DNA from: Neoechinorhynchus agilis
Lineage: Eukaryota > Animalia > Acanthocephala
Assembly (NCBI GenBank): GCA_051530055.1
Contig: CM121341.1
Location: 3,276,151 to 3,340,150, forward strand
DNA: 64,000 bases
Reading direction: 5' to 3'
Under the pieces are notes generated by a model that saw only the letters and a list, made by a program, of their open reading frames with translations, did no database searches and was not told the origin of the DNA. A program made the position numbers and the translations under genes. Of this stretch, positions 48,355 to 60,900 are shown piece after piece. Position 1 is the first letter of the stretch; each line of letters opens with the position of its first letter.

Positions 48355-51300
48355 GACCGAATTCCTTGAACAAATCGGAACTCGAGTTTTTATGAGGACC
48401 CAAATGGAGAAGGAGTGAACGAACCGATAAAAGTTCATTTGTAGCCATTCTTCTTTGAAATGTTGATAATATTTCATTTTTTTAATTATATAACCCTTAT
48501 TCAAGTACTAAAAATCGTTCATTTTGTTGCTTCAATGATGAGCGTTTATAGATTATTGGATATACGTCGCTGACGATTGATGATTTTCTTTTTCTGAGAA
48601 GCACAAATGCATCTTAGGGTCCGAGTCTTTTTTTAGGGCAACAACAAACATTTTCAAAGACTCAATGATGATGATAATTTTTATCTGATTAAGTGAAGAA
48701 AAATCATTCGCCATTCTGAGAGTCTTTTTTAATGCAAATGGACAACATTGGAAATTTGTATCAAATTCCACTATGTAACCTTGCAATCCACCCAAAAAAA
48801 GGACCGAATTCCTTGAACAAATCGGAACTCGAGTTTTTATGAGGACCCAAATGGAGAAGGAGTGAACGAACCGATAAAAGTTCATTTGTAGCCATTCTTC
48901 TTTGAAATGTTGATAATATTTCATTTTTTTAATTATATAACCCTTATTCAAGTACTAAAAATCGTTCATTCAGTTGCTTCAATGATGAGCGTTTATAGAT
49001 TATTGGATATACGTCGCTGACGATTGATGATTTTCTTTTTCTGAGAAGCACAAATGCATCTTAGGGTCCGAGTCTTTTTTTAGGGCAACAACAAACATTT
49101 TCAAAGACTCAATGATGATGATAATTTTTATCTGATTAAGTGAAGAAAAATCATTCGCCATTCTGAGAGTCTTTTTTTAATGCAAATGGACAACATTGGA
49201 AATTTGTATCAAATTCCACTATGTAACCTTGCAATCCACCCAAAAAAGGACCGAATTCCTTGAACAAATCGGAACTCGAGTTTTTATGAGGACCCAAATG
49301 GAGAAGGAGTGAACGAACCGATAAAAGTTCGTTTGTAGCCATTCTTCTTTGAAATGTTGATAATATTTCATTTTTTTAATTATATAACCCTTATTCAAGT
49401 ACTAAAAATCGTTCATTCAGTTGCTTCAATGATGAGCGTTTATAGATTATTGGATATACGTCGCTGACGATTGATGATTTTCTTTTTCTGAGAAGCACAA
49501 ATGCATCTTAGGGTCCGAGTCTTTTTTTAGGGCAACAACAAACATTTTCAAAGACTCAATGATGATGATAATTTTTATCTGATTAAGTGAAGAAAAATCA
49601 TTCGCCATTCTGAGAGTTTTTTTAATGCAAATGGACAACATTGGAAATTTGTATCAAATTCCACTATGTAACCTTGCAATCCACCCAAAAAAAGGACCGA
49701 ATTCCTTGAACAAATCGGAACTCGAGTTTTTATGAGGACCCAAATGGAGAAGGAGTGAACGAACCGATAAAAGTTCGTTTGTAGCCATTCTTCTTTGAAA
49801 TGTTGATAATATTTCATTTTTTTAATTATATAACCCTTATTCAAGTACTAAAAATCGTTCATTCAGTTGCTTCAATGATGAGCGTTTATAGATTATTGGA
49901 TATACGTCGCTGACGATTGATGATTTTCTTTTTCTGAGAAGCACAAATGCATCTTAGGGTCCGAGTCTTTTTTTAGGGCAACAACAAACATTTTCAAAGA
50001 CTCAATGATGATGATAATTTTTATCTGATTAAGTGAAGAAAAATCATTCGCCATTCTGAGAGTCTTTTTTTAATGCAAATGGACAACATTGGAAATTTGT
50101 ATCAAATTCCACTATGTAACCTTGCAATCCACCCAAAAAAAGGACCGAATTCCTTGAACAAATCGGAACTCGAGTTTTTATGAGGACCCAGGAGAAGGAG
50201 TGAACGAACCGATAAAAGTTCATTTGTAGCCATTCTTCTTTGAAATGTTGATAATATTTCATTTTTTTAATTATATAACCCTTATTCAAGTACTAAAAAT
50301 CGTTCATTCAGTTGCTTCAATGATGAGCGTTTATAGATTATTGGATATACGTCGCTGACGATTGATGATTTTCTTTTTCTGAGAAGCACAAATGCATCTT
50401 AGGGTCCGAGTCTTTTTTTAGGGCAACAAAAGAAACCTAAAATTAAGTACTCGTTGCAGACCAAACATTTTCAAAGACTCAATGATGATGATAATTTTTA
50501 TCTGATTAAGTGAAGAAAAATCATTCGCCATTCTGAGAGTCTTTTTTTAATGCAAATGGACAACATTGGAAATTTGTATCAAATTCCACTATGTAACCTT
50601 GCAATCCACCCAAAAAAAGGACCGAATTCCTTGAACAAATCGGAACTCGAGTTTTTATGAGGACCCAAATGGAGAAGGAGTGAACGAACCGATAAAAGTT
50701 CGTTTGTAGCCATTCTTCTTTGAAATGTTGATAATATTTCATTTTTTTAATTATATAACTCTTATTCAAGTACTAAAAATCGTTCATTCAGTTGCTTCAA
50801 TGATGAGCGTTTATAGATTATTGGATATACGTCGCTGACGATTGATGATTTTCTTTTTCTGAGAAGCACAAATGCATCTTAGGGTCCGAGTCTTTTTTTA
50901 GGGCAACAAAAGAAACCTAAAATTAAGTACACGTTGCAGACCAAACATTTTCAAAGACTCAATGATGATGATAATTTTTATCTGATTAAGTGAAGAAAAA
51001 TCATTCGCCATTCTGAGAGTTTTTTTAATGCAAATGGACAACATTTTAAATTTGTATCATATTTCACTATGTAACCTTGCAATCCACCCAAAAAAAGGAC
51101 CGAATTCCTTGAACAAATCAGAACTCGAGTTTTTATGAGGACCTAAAAGGGGACATTCTTTGTAGATTAACAAATAAACGTTTTATTATAAAATTTTTGA
51201 CAATTCGACGGGTTCTATAAAAGACTTCTACAACCATCTCGCCCCCCTTTGTAAGTTGTGAACGAAGCGATAAAAGTTAATTTGTAGCCATTTTTCTATC

Positions 51301-51470
51301 ATAAAATGTTGATAATATTTCATTTTTTGAATTATATAACCCTTATTCAAGTGCTAAAATTCGTTCATTCAGTTGCTTCAGTGATGAGCGTTTATAGATT
51401 ATTGGATATACGTCGCTGACGATTGATGATTTTCTTTTTCTGAGAAGCACAAATGCATCCTGGGATCCGA
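48355..51470. repeat. Tandem array, unit about 447 bp (478 bp with an insertion), six full units plus a divergent seventh
   Basis: Anchor ccgaattccttgaacaaatc at 48357, 48804, 49251, 49697, 50145, 50622 and 51100. Confidence 0.95.
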
Positions 51471-51749
51471 GAACTCTCTTATTGAGTATTCATAATTAAA
51501 ACATATGACAAAATTTGACGAAAGGGAGATGAGGTTTTTCAAAGCGCGTTTTACAAACCTAAATATTTGCATGTTCTTTAGTATGTAGAAGTCAAAATGT
51601 GTTAAAAACACAAGCAATATTCATCTCATCATAAAGCGAGAATTATGTTGTAAATTCCTTATAAAAATTGCACATTTCTTTAAATTTGAATGATCCGATA
51701 TTTTCAATTTGTTGGGAGATAAATATGATTAGAAATCAGATTTTAATTA

Positions 51750-52800
51750 ACGAGGATTCATGCCCGACAGAAGCACAATCGACGCAATATTTTTGCTAAG
51801 GCTGCTGTATGAGAGGTTCGGTGAGATGCTGTAGTCGTGCACAGTGTGGCGTACGACACGGTTCCTCGAGATCTGGTGTGAGCATTCTTCAGGAAAAGGA
51901 ATTGCTCCGAACAAGGTCGCCGCGATCCAAGCGATGTATCGAGAATGCTACACCTGCATGCGATGCCACAGCGGAACGACCGACTATTTCCGAGTATCCG
52001 TGGGTCTGCAACAGGGTTCGGCCCTTAGCCCATTCTTGTTCACGATCGTGATGGACGTCCTAGGAAATGCGGAAAGAGAAATGAACCCACCATGGATGAT
52101 GCTATTCGCGGACGATTTAATGCTCACAGCTAGGGACGTGGACACGCTCAGGAAGTTGCTGGAAAACAGCGATTAGAGAGCAACTGATTGAGAGTGAGAA
52201 GGCGCAAAACGAAATACAATGGGGTCGGGTAACCTCGATATGCAAGGAATTTAGATTGAAAAGATCTTCAAATATTTGGGCAGTATGTTGAACATGCAAT
52301 GTGAGCTCGCACCAGAGATCGGACAAAGAGTTCAATGCGTGTATAATAACTGGAGGAAGACAATTGGCATCCTTTGCGATAAGCGTCTCCCGAACAAGCT
52401 TAAATGACGGGTGTACAAGGCAGTAGTGGGAACCGCCATGCTCTACGGAGCAGAAACGGTGGCTACGAAGAAGGAAGACGTTCAACGATTAGCCGTCAAC
52501 GAAATGCGGATGCTGAGATGGTCCGCAGGATTGCCACGCAAGGATCGAGTGCCCAATGAGGAGGTGCGAAGGCTGCTTGCTATCGAGCCGACCGAGGAGG
52601 TAATCGCTAAGAGGTGGATGCGATGGTACCTGCAGGTTACATAAGCAGATGAAGACGCCTTGCATGGAGAATCGAGCTCGAGAAGAAAAGGAGAAGAGGG
52701 AGGTCCAATAAGAGGTGGAAGGACAGTGTGAGCGGAGATATCAATACGCTGGAAAAGGATAATAACAAAGACGAAAGCCGCCAATGCTTAAAAGAACGAC
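51750..52800 (+). mobile_element. RTE-clade LINE RT fragment, decayed
   Basis: GFMPDRSTIDAIF, AYDTVPR, VGLQQGSALSPFLFTIVMDVL, PWMMLFADDLML, YKAVVGTAMLYGAETV, EMRMLRWSAG. Confidence 0.92.
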
Positions 52801-53279
52801 CTCTCAAACGAGAGAAAAGTTCAAAGAAATGTTGTTGTTGTGAGATAAAGATTTATTTTAAAAATTTACGTTGATAGGCTCGCTAAACAACCTTTTTGGC
52901 TAATTTGCAAAAAGCTAAGGCGGTTGAATATCGAACGTTCTATCGTCGTTTTTCGTTGACCGAGTAATTGTATTAAAAATCGGTCTTTTACTATTGTCTT
53001 TATTTTTAAACTTTTTGAAAAAATTTTTAATTTCTTTAATTATTTTTACTTTTTGTGTTCGTTGTTTATCGAACCAACAATCGACGAGATTAAAGAATTT
53101 AGCGATTATTTTTTATTTTACTGCCTTTTGTTCATGTAGGGATAACTTTAGAGATTTCTACTTAAGCAAGTCTCTCGAAATCAATCCTTGATGCTTTTAC
53201 CAAAAATGTGATAAAGCTTCGGCAAATTGAGGTCAAAATGTATTGTTTACTATATAAAGTAGAAAGGGTAAGAAGCGAG

Positions 53280-53800
53280 AAAACTTCATAGAACCGTACG
53301 TTTTCGTTCGTTATTCGTTTCACCAATGCTTTCTTCAACCGCGTGAGGCCTGTGTTCAACAAAGAAGAAAGCGAGATGTTCTTGTTCAAGAGCGTTAGAC
53401 GGAAGCTTTCAAATATGAGTTCCGGTCGTATTCCGCGCAACATTCTAATGCCGTTATTGGTGATATTGATCACATTTGCGATCATTGCTATGCTAAGAGA
53501 TATATATCACATCTTTCGCCACTGCAACCAATACTAGAGGAATTTTATGAATTCATGTCTGCAGGTACTCCACAATAGAACTATAACCCACAGAACTTTG
53601 GACGGTCGAGACAATGTTGAACCTCCCAGGCTCTACAATGGTGCACACCTTTGTTTTGAAATGAGATGCGATATTGGTTGGTAAAGGACATGATGTGTTT
53701 ATTTCGCGCATTCCCCTCATCCCAACGGATTTGCCTTTTACGTTTGGACGCCTACAGTTTACAGTACGGATAACATTTGCAATAAAAGGAGAAATGAGAG
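53280..53800 (+). mobile_element. Helitron RepHel remnant (N-terminal piece fused to PIF1 helicase piece)
   Basis: Plus-strand frames give NVEPPRLYNG and ILVGKGHDVFISRIPLIPTDLPFTFGRLQFTVRITFAI (Helitron helicase pattern NLDPPRLCNG...IPRIPLIPTDLPF.FKRLQFPVRLAFAMT); upstream AFKYEF..YS.H...IGDIDHICDHCYAKRY resembles the Helitron N-terminus. Confidence 0.78.
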
Positions 53801-54161
53801 GTAGAAATTGAAGAGGATGAAGAGAATGAAGGCACTTTTGGAAGATTAGAGAGAAGTGTTTTTCTAAGGACACGAGTTCGGAGGATCAATTAACCATTAA
53901 TAATCGCCATCAATTATTCTTCTAAGAAGTATAATAAACATTATAGAGTAAGGTGGTCCGAGCAGAAGGAATATCTCGAATCCCTCAAGTCTATTCCTAC
54001 TGGCGTTTAAGTCTAAAAAACGTGAATCTGTTCAAATAGATTCGGATTGAAAAAGAGCGGACATTTATGATTCAGGCTTCCAATTTAAACAGCCTCCTAC
54101 GAATTATATTCGTTTCACATGAATACATTAAATAAATCTCGCTTGAGAGTTAACTTTATTA

Positions 54162-54368
54162 TTTAGCATCATTAAATTTTAGTCTATCCCTTTCTTGTCC
54201 GGCTTATTTTTTAGGCATACTGAGGATCCGGAGGAATGTACAAACTCTTAAACCGACATTAGAGACTATGTGGTTATATCACTTCTCTGATGTATAATTG
54301 GTTTGGCTTTATGCCTAAAAAAAATAAGCCGGACAAGAAAGAGATAGACTGAAATTTAATGATGATAA
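54162..54368. mobile_element. MITE-like inverted repeat, arms of about 57 bp
   Basis: agtctatccctttcttgtccggcttattttttaggcata / tatgcctaaaaaaaataagccggacaagaaagagatagact. Confidence 0.8.
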
Positions 54369-54447
54369 AACAATACCGGCTTGCCAGTAAAACTTAAATT
54401 TTTTTTTATTATTTAGAATTCGTCATCTTTAAAGGGAACGCTTTATT

Positions 54448-54486
54448 GAGGATGTTTCGAACTTCGTCGGGTTTATCATCAGTTCT
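54448..54486 (-). ncRNA. Degenerate hammerhead-like motif, family C
   Basis: CUGAUGA-U-AAACCCGACGAAGUUC-GAA-ACAU-C; homologous to 25505-25546, with GAA intact but stems weakened. Confidence 0.4.
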
Positions 54487-55149
54487 AAAAAACGAGGTTA
54501 TCGATATGCGAGAAGAGAATTATTATTTGGAAGTCTTCAACCGATAAAGAGTTTATTAAAGACGTTAATCTCGTTGTTTTTTTAGATCGAATGATGCCTC
54601 CCTGCGAGGTTCGCAGAACGTTTTTAACAAACAAGCTGAAGACTTCTAAATAACACTTTTAAACGATTGGTAATTTTTATAACTGGTGATAAAATCGAAG
54701 AACTTTGAAACGACTTCAATAAAACGTTGAAACAACAAATTTAATCAATTCCTAGATCGATGACGTCATGTTCAGTTTACGTTTCTTCCGGAGAAATGTG
54801 ACGGCGATAAAATAATCGTCCCAATTTTTTTATCAGACGTCACTTTTTCGTCAAATTAATCGCAGATTTCCAATGGACATTGCACTAAAGCTTTCAAAAT
54901 CCTTGTTTCTTTTCGATCTTCTTACCACTTTGATTACGTCATGTGTATTGTTTTCCGGAAACGAATATCTGTGTTTTTCGATAATTCTAAACTTGATGCC
55001 GAATCAAATATTTCGATTTTGATTATTGGTTTATGTGAAAATGAACTGGATAACGCAGGAAATGTTACATTGATCAAAATACTACGGGACTTTTCTTTTG
55101 AAGTCTTTATGGCCTATAATTCGATAAATTTGCGAATGATATGAGCGTT

Positions 55150-56100
55150 TCACGCTTTTATCAACTCCAATTTCAATCAAACTTGAAATGGGACTCGCAC
55201 ATCACTCTCTCCCTCAAGCACAACCCCTTTAAAAATTATCTCCTCAAGTCCCGATCTCTACAAATTTTACTTACCTGAATTCCTCTAAATGCGTGGAAAT
55301 GATCCCATCTCTCTCCCGCAACCCCACATCCTCCCCGGAGCTTCTAAATGACATTCTACGAGTAACCTCCCTGAGAATCCTGGGTCTCCAATTTCGATCA
55401 AATTTGAACACAGAACTTCCTTCCACTCCACTTCACTCGCATTGTAGATTACACCCTGAAGAAGCCGTTGGACGGCGAAAGCTAGGTGTTTCAATAAAAT
55501 CTCTCTCTTTCAGTCGGATTGTCAATCAAACAATCATCAATAGATAAAACATGCGGCTGAACAACCAAGCAGCGCTTAGTAATCTTACCGATTTCTGCAT
55601 CAATCACAAACTCCATCTCAATTTCTCTAAATGCTTCGAAATGATGCCCTCTCTCCCGCAACTCCACAACATCGCCTGAGCTTCTAAATGACATTCTACG
55701 AGTATTCTGGGTATCCAATTTCAATCAAATCTGAATTAAGACTCGCACATCACTCTCCCTCGAGCTTCTGACATTTAGGAATCCTTTCACCCGACCTCTA
55801 CAAATTTTACTTCTTTATTTTACCCTCCCTCACCTACGGTTACCCCGTCTTTTGCAACCTTTCCAAATCTAAAATCCGTCGTCTTGAAATGTTTCATAGA
55901 AGAGCATCCAAAATTTTCACAGCTTACTTTCCCCCCTCTCACCGAATGCTTTTATGAAATTTTAAAAAACAATGAAACCGCCTCTCAACCTTACCACCAC
56001 AATTTTTACTACATTTTATTCCTCTTTTCACACGAGTACAACATTCGTAATTCCAACCTCGCATCTCTCACTGCTCATTTTTCCATACTGCCTAATCTTC
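55150..56100 (+). mobile_element. CR1/L2-group LINE 3' remnants
   Basis: Pyrimidine-rich; reverse complement of parts of 36430-36830 and 10950-11400 (PSLTYGYPVFCNLS, RRLEMFHRRASK). Confidence 0.8.
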
Positions 56101-56729
56101 TTGACCTGAAATGAACCTGATAAAAATCCCAACCTCACAATCTCTTCTACAAACAATAAACAACTTTCCAATCCGAACGGACTCGTATTCCACTCCAAAA
56201 TAAACGACCGCATATATTTTACTAATCAGAACTCGATTTTTTATGTGGATCCGAATGGAGAAACAAAAATTGTACAATCTTCCAGCCATAATAATGGACG
56301 ATATTTTTTGTTCTAAATTATTTAGTAATATTTTTACCTTTAATTATCCTATACATTTTTTCAAATGTTTAAACTCTAAGCTTTAAGATTACTTCGCGTA
56401 CTTGCTGTGTAAAAATACACATATAAAATCCGATCAGTTACAAAAAATTTAAATAAGCGTTGAGGTTTTAGATTCCTAAAATTAAAAATTGAACGGTTCA
56501 CGATCGTTACTTATGAGTATTCATTTCCAGTTTTCTAAGCTTAATGGATTTTTATGTGATAATTCAATATCTCTAGATTGGGAAGATGAAAAGGATTTAT
56601 ACACCTTGATTGAATTTGAGACGCCTCTTCTAAAATTGGTTCCATAAAATTGTCAGTTTTGTTTTTAAATTCTTAACTTGATGATTCTCGCGATCGTAGC
56701 ATCAGTGGCCAACCTTTCACTCGTTTCAG

Positions 56730-58031
56730 ATGTTCGAACATTCTCCTATTCCTAAAAGTGAATTTTGGAATAGTAAATGCGCGGATCCAGTCTACGTTAG
56801 CGAACTTCGCAACAAAGCTCGAATCGTCCGTGGACGATACCGATCTGCTTCCTTAATCCAACTATGGATATTTCTCCACCTTTTTGGTTTACTCTCAGCC
56901 TTGGTGTTTATTTACACGCGAACTGAATCCAGTGGAATTCTGTTGAAACTTTTAACAAAGGCAGTAACTATGGTGCTCGCATTTTGTCTATGCGTGGATA
57001 TTGTTTCTTTTATTCAAGTCTATGCGGAAGAGCCATTGAAATTGACTTCAATTGAGATGTCTGTAGTGGGTGTGAAAGAAGGGGAACGTGGATTTGAGTT
57101 AGTTGACGAAAATAAAAAGTCTTCTAAGGTGGACCCTCCTCAGAAATCAACAGATTTATCTAATGTAACATCGTCATTAGTGACGACTAATGTAGTCCAT
57201 CGGAGAAAACATCAGAACGGATGCTCGGGAAAACTATCTGGGACCACTTTACGGTATCAGCTGGACTCTTCGTTCAATACGTCCTCGTCGCCAACCAGGT
57301 TTTCTTTCTTCAGTTCTCCTGAAAAATCCGCATGGATTCCACAGCAACCAGTCGGGGAAATCCCCTCGTGGTGTCCCAAGATCCGGTTTAATCATTCATG
57401 GAACACTCTTGCTCACTATAGAAACAATCTGATTGAATGGATGCAACGAAGTCTTGTATCGCGATTAGTCAACGACCAATTAGAACCCGAAACGAAAAAA
57501 GTATGGATGAAAGCACTTCCTGAGTTCAAAAGCTATGTCACTTCAAAACTCAATTCCATCAACAACAAAGGAATCCTCAGAAGTCTTAAAGAAGAGAAAA
57601 ATAGGTCACCTCAAATGGAATCCCTTCCGTTTGAATCCGAAATTCTGTTTTGTCTTTGGTGTGGGTATTTCGATGGAATCGTGTTCCGATCGCTTCCTAA
57701 TGAACGCCCTTTTTCGGATCGATTCGTATTGAACACCTTTCGCCCGGAGAACTTTCATCCAGTCTGTTATCGAAATGAAAAAACAAAAATCTGCATTTTG
57801 AAAGATGATCTTGGTGGTAATAAGATGCCGGTTTATGGATTTCTACGTAAAGGCGAACAAATTCGCACAAATACGCACCATTATTCGTTTTTGGATGCTA
57901 TTATTGGATTTCTATATATTGTGAAAGAAGAATGGAACGGGTGGATCGATCAGCTTAATCTTAAATCGGAAAAAATTACAGATATTTTGGAAATATTTTC
58001 AGAAAGAGAAGTATTGGGACCTCGAGAATGA
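56730..58031 (+). CDS. TMEM209: TMEM209-like nuclear envelope membrane protein, intronless
   Basis: Two N-terminal TM helices, S/P-rich middle, YRNNLIEWMQRSLVSRL, ESEILFCLWCGYFD and C-terminal FLDAIIGFLYIVKEEWNGWIDQLNL match the TMEM209 pattern as recalled. Confidence 0.72.
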   Translation: MFEHSPIPKSEFWNSKCADPVYVSELRNKARIVRGRYRSASLIQLWIFLHLFGLLSALVFIYTRTESSGILLKLLTKAVTMVLAFCLCVDIVSFIQVYAEEPLKLTSIEMSVVGVKEGERGFELVDENKKSSKVDPPQKSTDLSNVTSSLVTTNVVHRRKHQNGCSGKLSGTTLRYQLDSSFNTSSSPTRFSFFSSPEKSAWIPQQPVGEIPSWCPKIRFNHSWNTLAHYRNNLIEWMQRSLVSRLVNDQLEPETKKVWMKALPEFKSYVTSKLNSINNKGILRSLKEEKNRSPQMESLPFESEILFCLWCGYFDGIVFRSLPNERPFSDRFVLNTFRPENFHPVCYRNEKTKICILKDDLGGNKMPVYGFLRKGEQIRTNTHHYSFLDAIIGFLYIVKEEWNGWIDQLNLKSEKITDILEIFSEREVLGPRE

Positions 58032-58139
58032 ACGTTTTGTGAATTCAAGTCGGTTTTTTTTCTAAAAATGATCGTTAGTGCTGAATGAATTGTTTTTGTA
58101 AACATTTTAGAAATCGGTTTCGACCATTCATCGTGGAAA

Positions 58140-59030
58140 CAAGTGACGTTACTCTCCAACTACGGAGGTTCAGGGCTCAGACTCGTGGAGGACGTGATTT
58201 TGGCAAGTCGAGAGAACTCCCTTAAGATCTACCCGGAGTCCAACGTAGAGCATTTTAATAATGCTGTCTCCTTATGGACCTCTAAAGTAGGACAAGCCGC
58301 AGTACTCCATAAGTGCCAAAAGCAGTCATCGTGGGACTTACCGATCGTGCCGAAGGTTCACAAATCACTTCTAGACCAATTGGGCGAGAGGTCACGTTCG
58401 CGACTCATGGCTTGCTCGACGAAGGAGTCCGGCGCCTGGGACTCTTTTGGACAGCGAAACATTCCGGGTAGCTTTCTCTTTGAGATTGGGTACCACCATC
58501 AGCTTCCCACGCAAATGTCGCTGCGGCTAGCAATTAGACGCCAAAGGATTAAATGCTCTATCATGTCCTAGACATGCCGAAATCAACTCAATCCTGAGTA
58601 GAGCCCAGACCTCCATCAACATTCCAAACATCTTGGAGCCGAGCACTCTGTGTAGGTCTGATAGTTAGAGCCCAAATGGTGTGTCAGTCTTCCCTTGGAG
58701 CCGAGGGAAGTGCCTCTTACGGGATGCAACCTGCACCGACACCATGGCCAAGTCCTTTGCTGATTTAGCCAGTAAAGGCCCCGGTGCTGTGGCGACCGCA
58801 GCGGAGCGTCGGAAACCGGAAAAATACGTTGAGCTGAAGGAGAGCCATTTCGGGATCGAAACGTTCGGGGCCCTCGGAGAATCCCCACTTTAGCTGGTTT
58901 CAGATATAGCAAAGAGGTCGGTGGCGATGAAAAAGGGTCCCATGCGACAGCATTCTTTAGACAAAACATCTCCCTCGCAGTACAACGACGGAATACTGCC
59001 AGTGTGAGAAAAACCGCGGCTACACAGAAC
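58140..59030 (+). mobile_element. CRE-like LINE 3' fragment, decayed
   Basis: SRLMACSTKESGAW; SVFPWSRGKCLLRDATCTDTMAKS...AERRKPEKY..L...FGIETFGALG. Confidence 0.85.
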
Positions 59031-59236
59031 ATTATCTTTTAAAATTTGTAAATTTTAATAAAATTAATAAATTAATCTCTTAAATTCTGCGCAAGGTCAA
59101 CGCTTTTTGGTAATTTTGAGGATGCATAGAAAAGGTCTACTTTCGGTTGAATTTCGTGTACAAAAAATGTAAAATTAAGTTCTTTGATTTTTCGACCAAA
59201 GTGACTAAAAGAATTATAATGAACATCGCCCAGAAA

Positions 59237-60042
59237 TTAAATCAATATTTTATTTTCTACCATGTCCTTTTCCAAATGATCTATAGACATATCAATGCTT
59301 TTCAAGGCTGTTGCAGTGTACGGAGGTAAGTCCGCTTTCCTGAGAATTCGTTGAATTTTTAGAATACAATCATAGCATGATTTATGGCGGTCCTCGTATC
59401 CCGGTTCGAGACAATTCGCCGCTAAACGTGCCAGCTCCGCAACAAAACATACTAAAGCATTTAGATAAATCTTTGGATGTACATCAAAAGGAGCCTTAGA
59501 AAAGATTGTCTTTATCTCTTTAACTACATCATCATAATCCGGAAAGTCGGTATTCTTCAAAAATGCGTTCATGAGCGTACAGAAAATCAGTCTTTCGCAC
59601 ATATCATCTCTTTTATTCCTATGTGGAATTAAGATTGTGAAATTCCTAGGATTAAATAGTTATCGAACCGATTATAGGTGCATTTACAGAAATCCTCTAA
59701 GTCCATAGTGCTCACAATATCGCGAAGTTTTTCCATTGAAGACTCAAAGGATTCTGTAAGAGTATCGGAATCTAAAAATTGACATTGAAGAGTCTATTGG
59801 AAATTCACATATTAACGAAATATACAAACCATTCCGTAGTGTATGGATTTTAAGAAAATTCACTTTCATTTGTCCGATTTTCTCAAAGAGTTCAATGATA
59901 TCATCCTGCTGAAAGCTAAGGGATGTTCAAGTTTCGCTGTGGAGTAGATAATTACCGTGCCAGACTCATCCTTTGCATCTTTCATCTCTTCTGCCTTTTT
60001 TAGTAGTTGTGGAAATGACAAGGTAGATTTGTTTAGAGTCAT
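59237..60042 (-). CDS. Spliced gene of unknown function (helical protein), probably 4 exons
   Basis: ATG 60042 MTLNKSTLSFPQLLKKAEEM...; GT-AG introns at 59909-59955 (47 nt), about 58 nt near 59772-59829, and a 23- or 50-nt intron near 59620-59668 join to ORF 59237-59602. No family recognised. Confidence 0.6.
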
Positions 60043-60289
60043 CTTTAAAGGATAGCTCAGTTTTGATTTTAGAAGGAAAAGAATGCTTTAATTTCCACTA
60101 TTTAGATTCAACGAAGGATAAGCACGCTTAAAAGAATGGAATTTTTCAAATATTTTAAATAAAGAGCGAATTGCAAATGTATTTTTCCAAATAAATTTCC
60201 GGCATTCTAAGAATTTATTTGTGGTAATTGGAAGAATAAGCGCTTTTAACCCGTAAAAACGATACATCAATAATTCAAAAAAACACGTT

Positions 60290-60900
60290 GGTCAGACCCT
60301 TGGTTTGAGAAGGAGTTCCGAAACCTTTTTGGTTTCTGTGTAGACGCCAAAGAACGAGGCCGCAACCAAATGGTCCAGTGGTTTTACTTAACGCTTCAGG
60401 TACTAAATTGGATGACTGTTCCTTCGGTCTCGCTTCGGCACTAGACTTCGACGTGGCTTTCTCAATCCTGCAAGGTGCGAACTGTCCCACGGACTCAAAT
60501 GCCCCAAAGCGATAGCCAGTCACAATCGCCACGGCATAGTGAATACTCTAAAACGTAAAGTTTGGGCAAATATCTCGCATAAGTAAAGATAAAGGGAAAA
60601 AACCGGACTTCCCATCAAAAGTTCCGTGGGAAAGAGGCCGTCTCCTTGAGGCTTCATCTGCCGAATAGAAATGCTAAAAGGAAATTGTCCCTTTCAGTTC
60701 CAAGAGCCGGTAAAGTGGCAAAAAGAGCACTGAAAAATGAGAAGTACAAATGGCTCGATTCGTCTCGCTCTACTCCTTTTATAACCTCTTTCGCCATTGA
60801 GAACATTGGTGTCGTCGGACCAAGCACTGCAGAATTTTTAGCCACGGTTGGAAAATTGTTATTTTTATTGGAGAATCAGCGATTTAGAATGGAAATGCTG
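60290..60900 (-). mobile_element. Two short CRE-like RLE remnants
   Basis: AIVTGYRFGAF; reading frames with AER..LSHLYFSF.AIETFG-type motifs. Confidence 0.5.

Noticed and set aside
48301-50769. Repeated MNKGYIIKKMKYYQH ORFs, or a CRISPR-like array
   Set aside because: By-products of the 447-bp tandem unit; there are no unique spacers and the context is eukaryotic.
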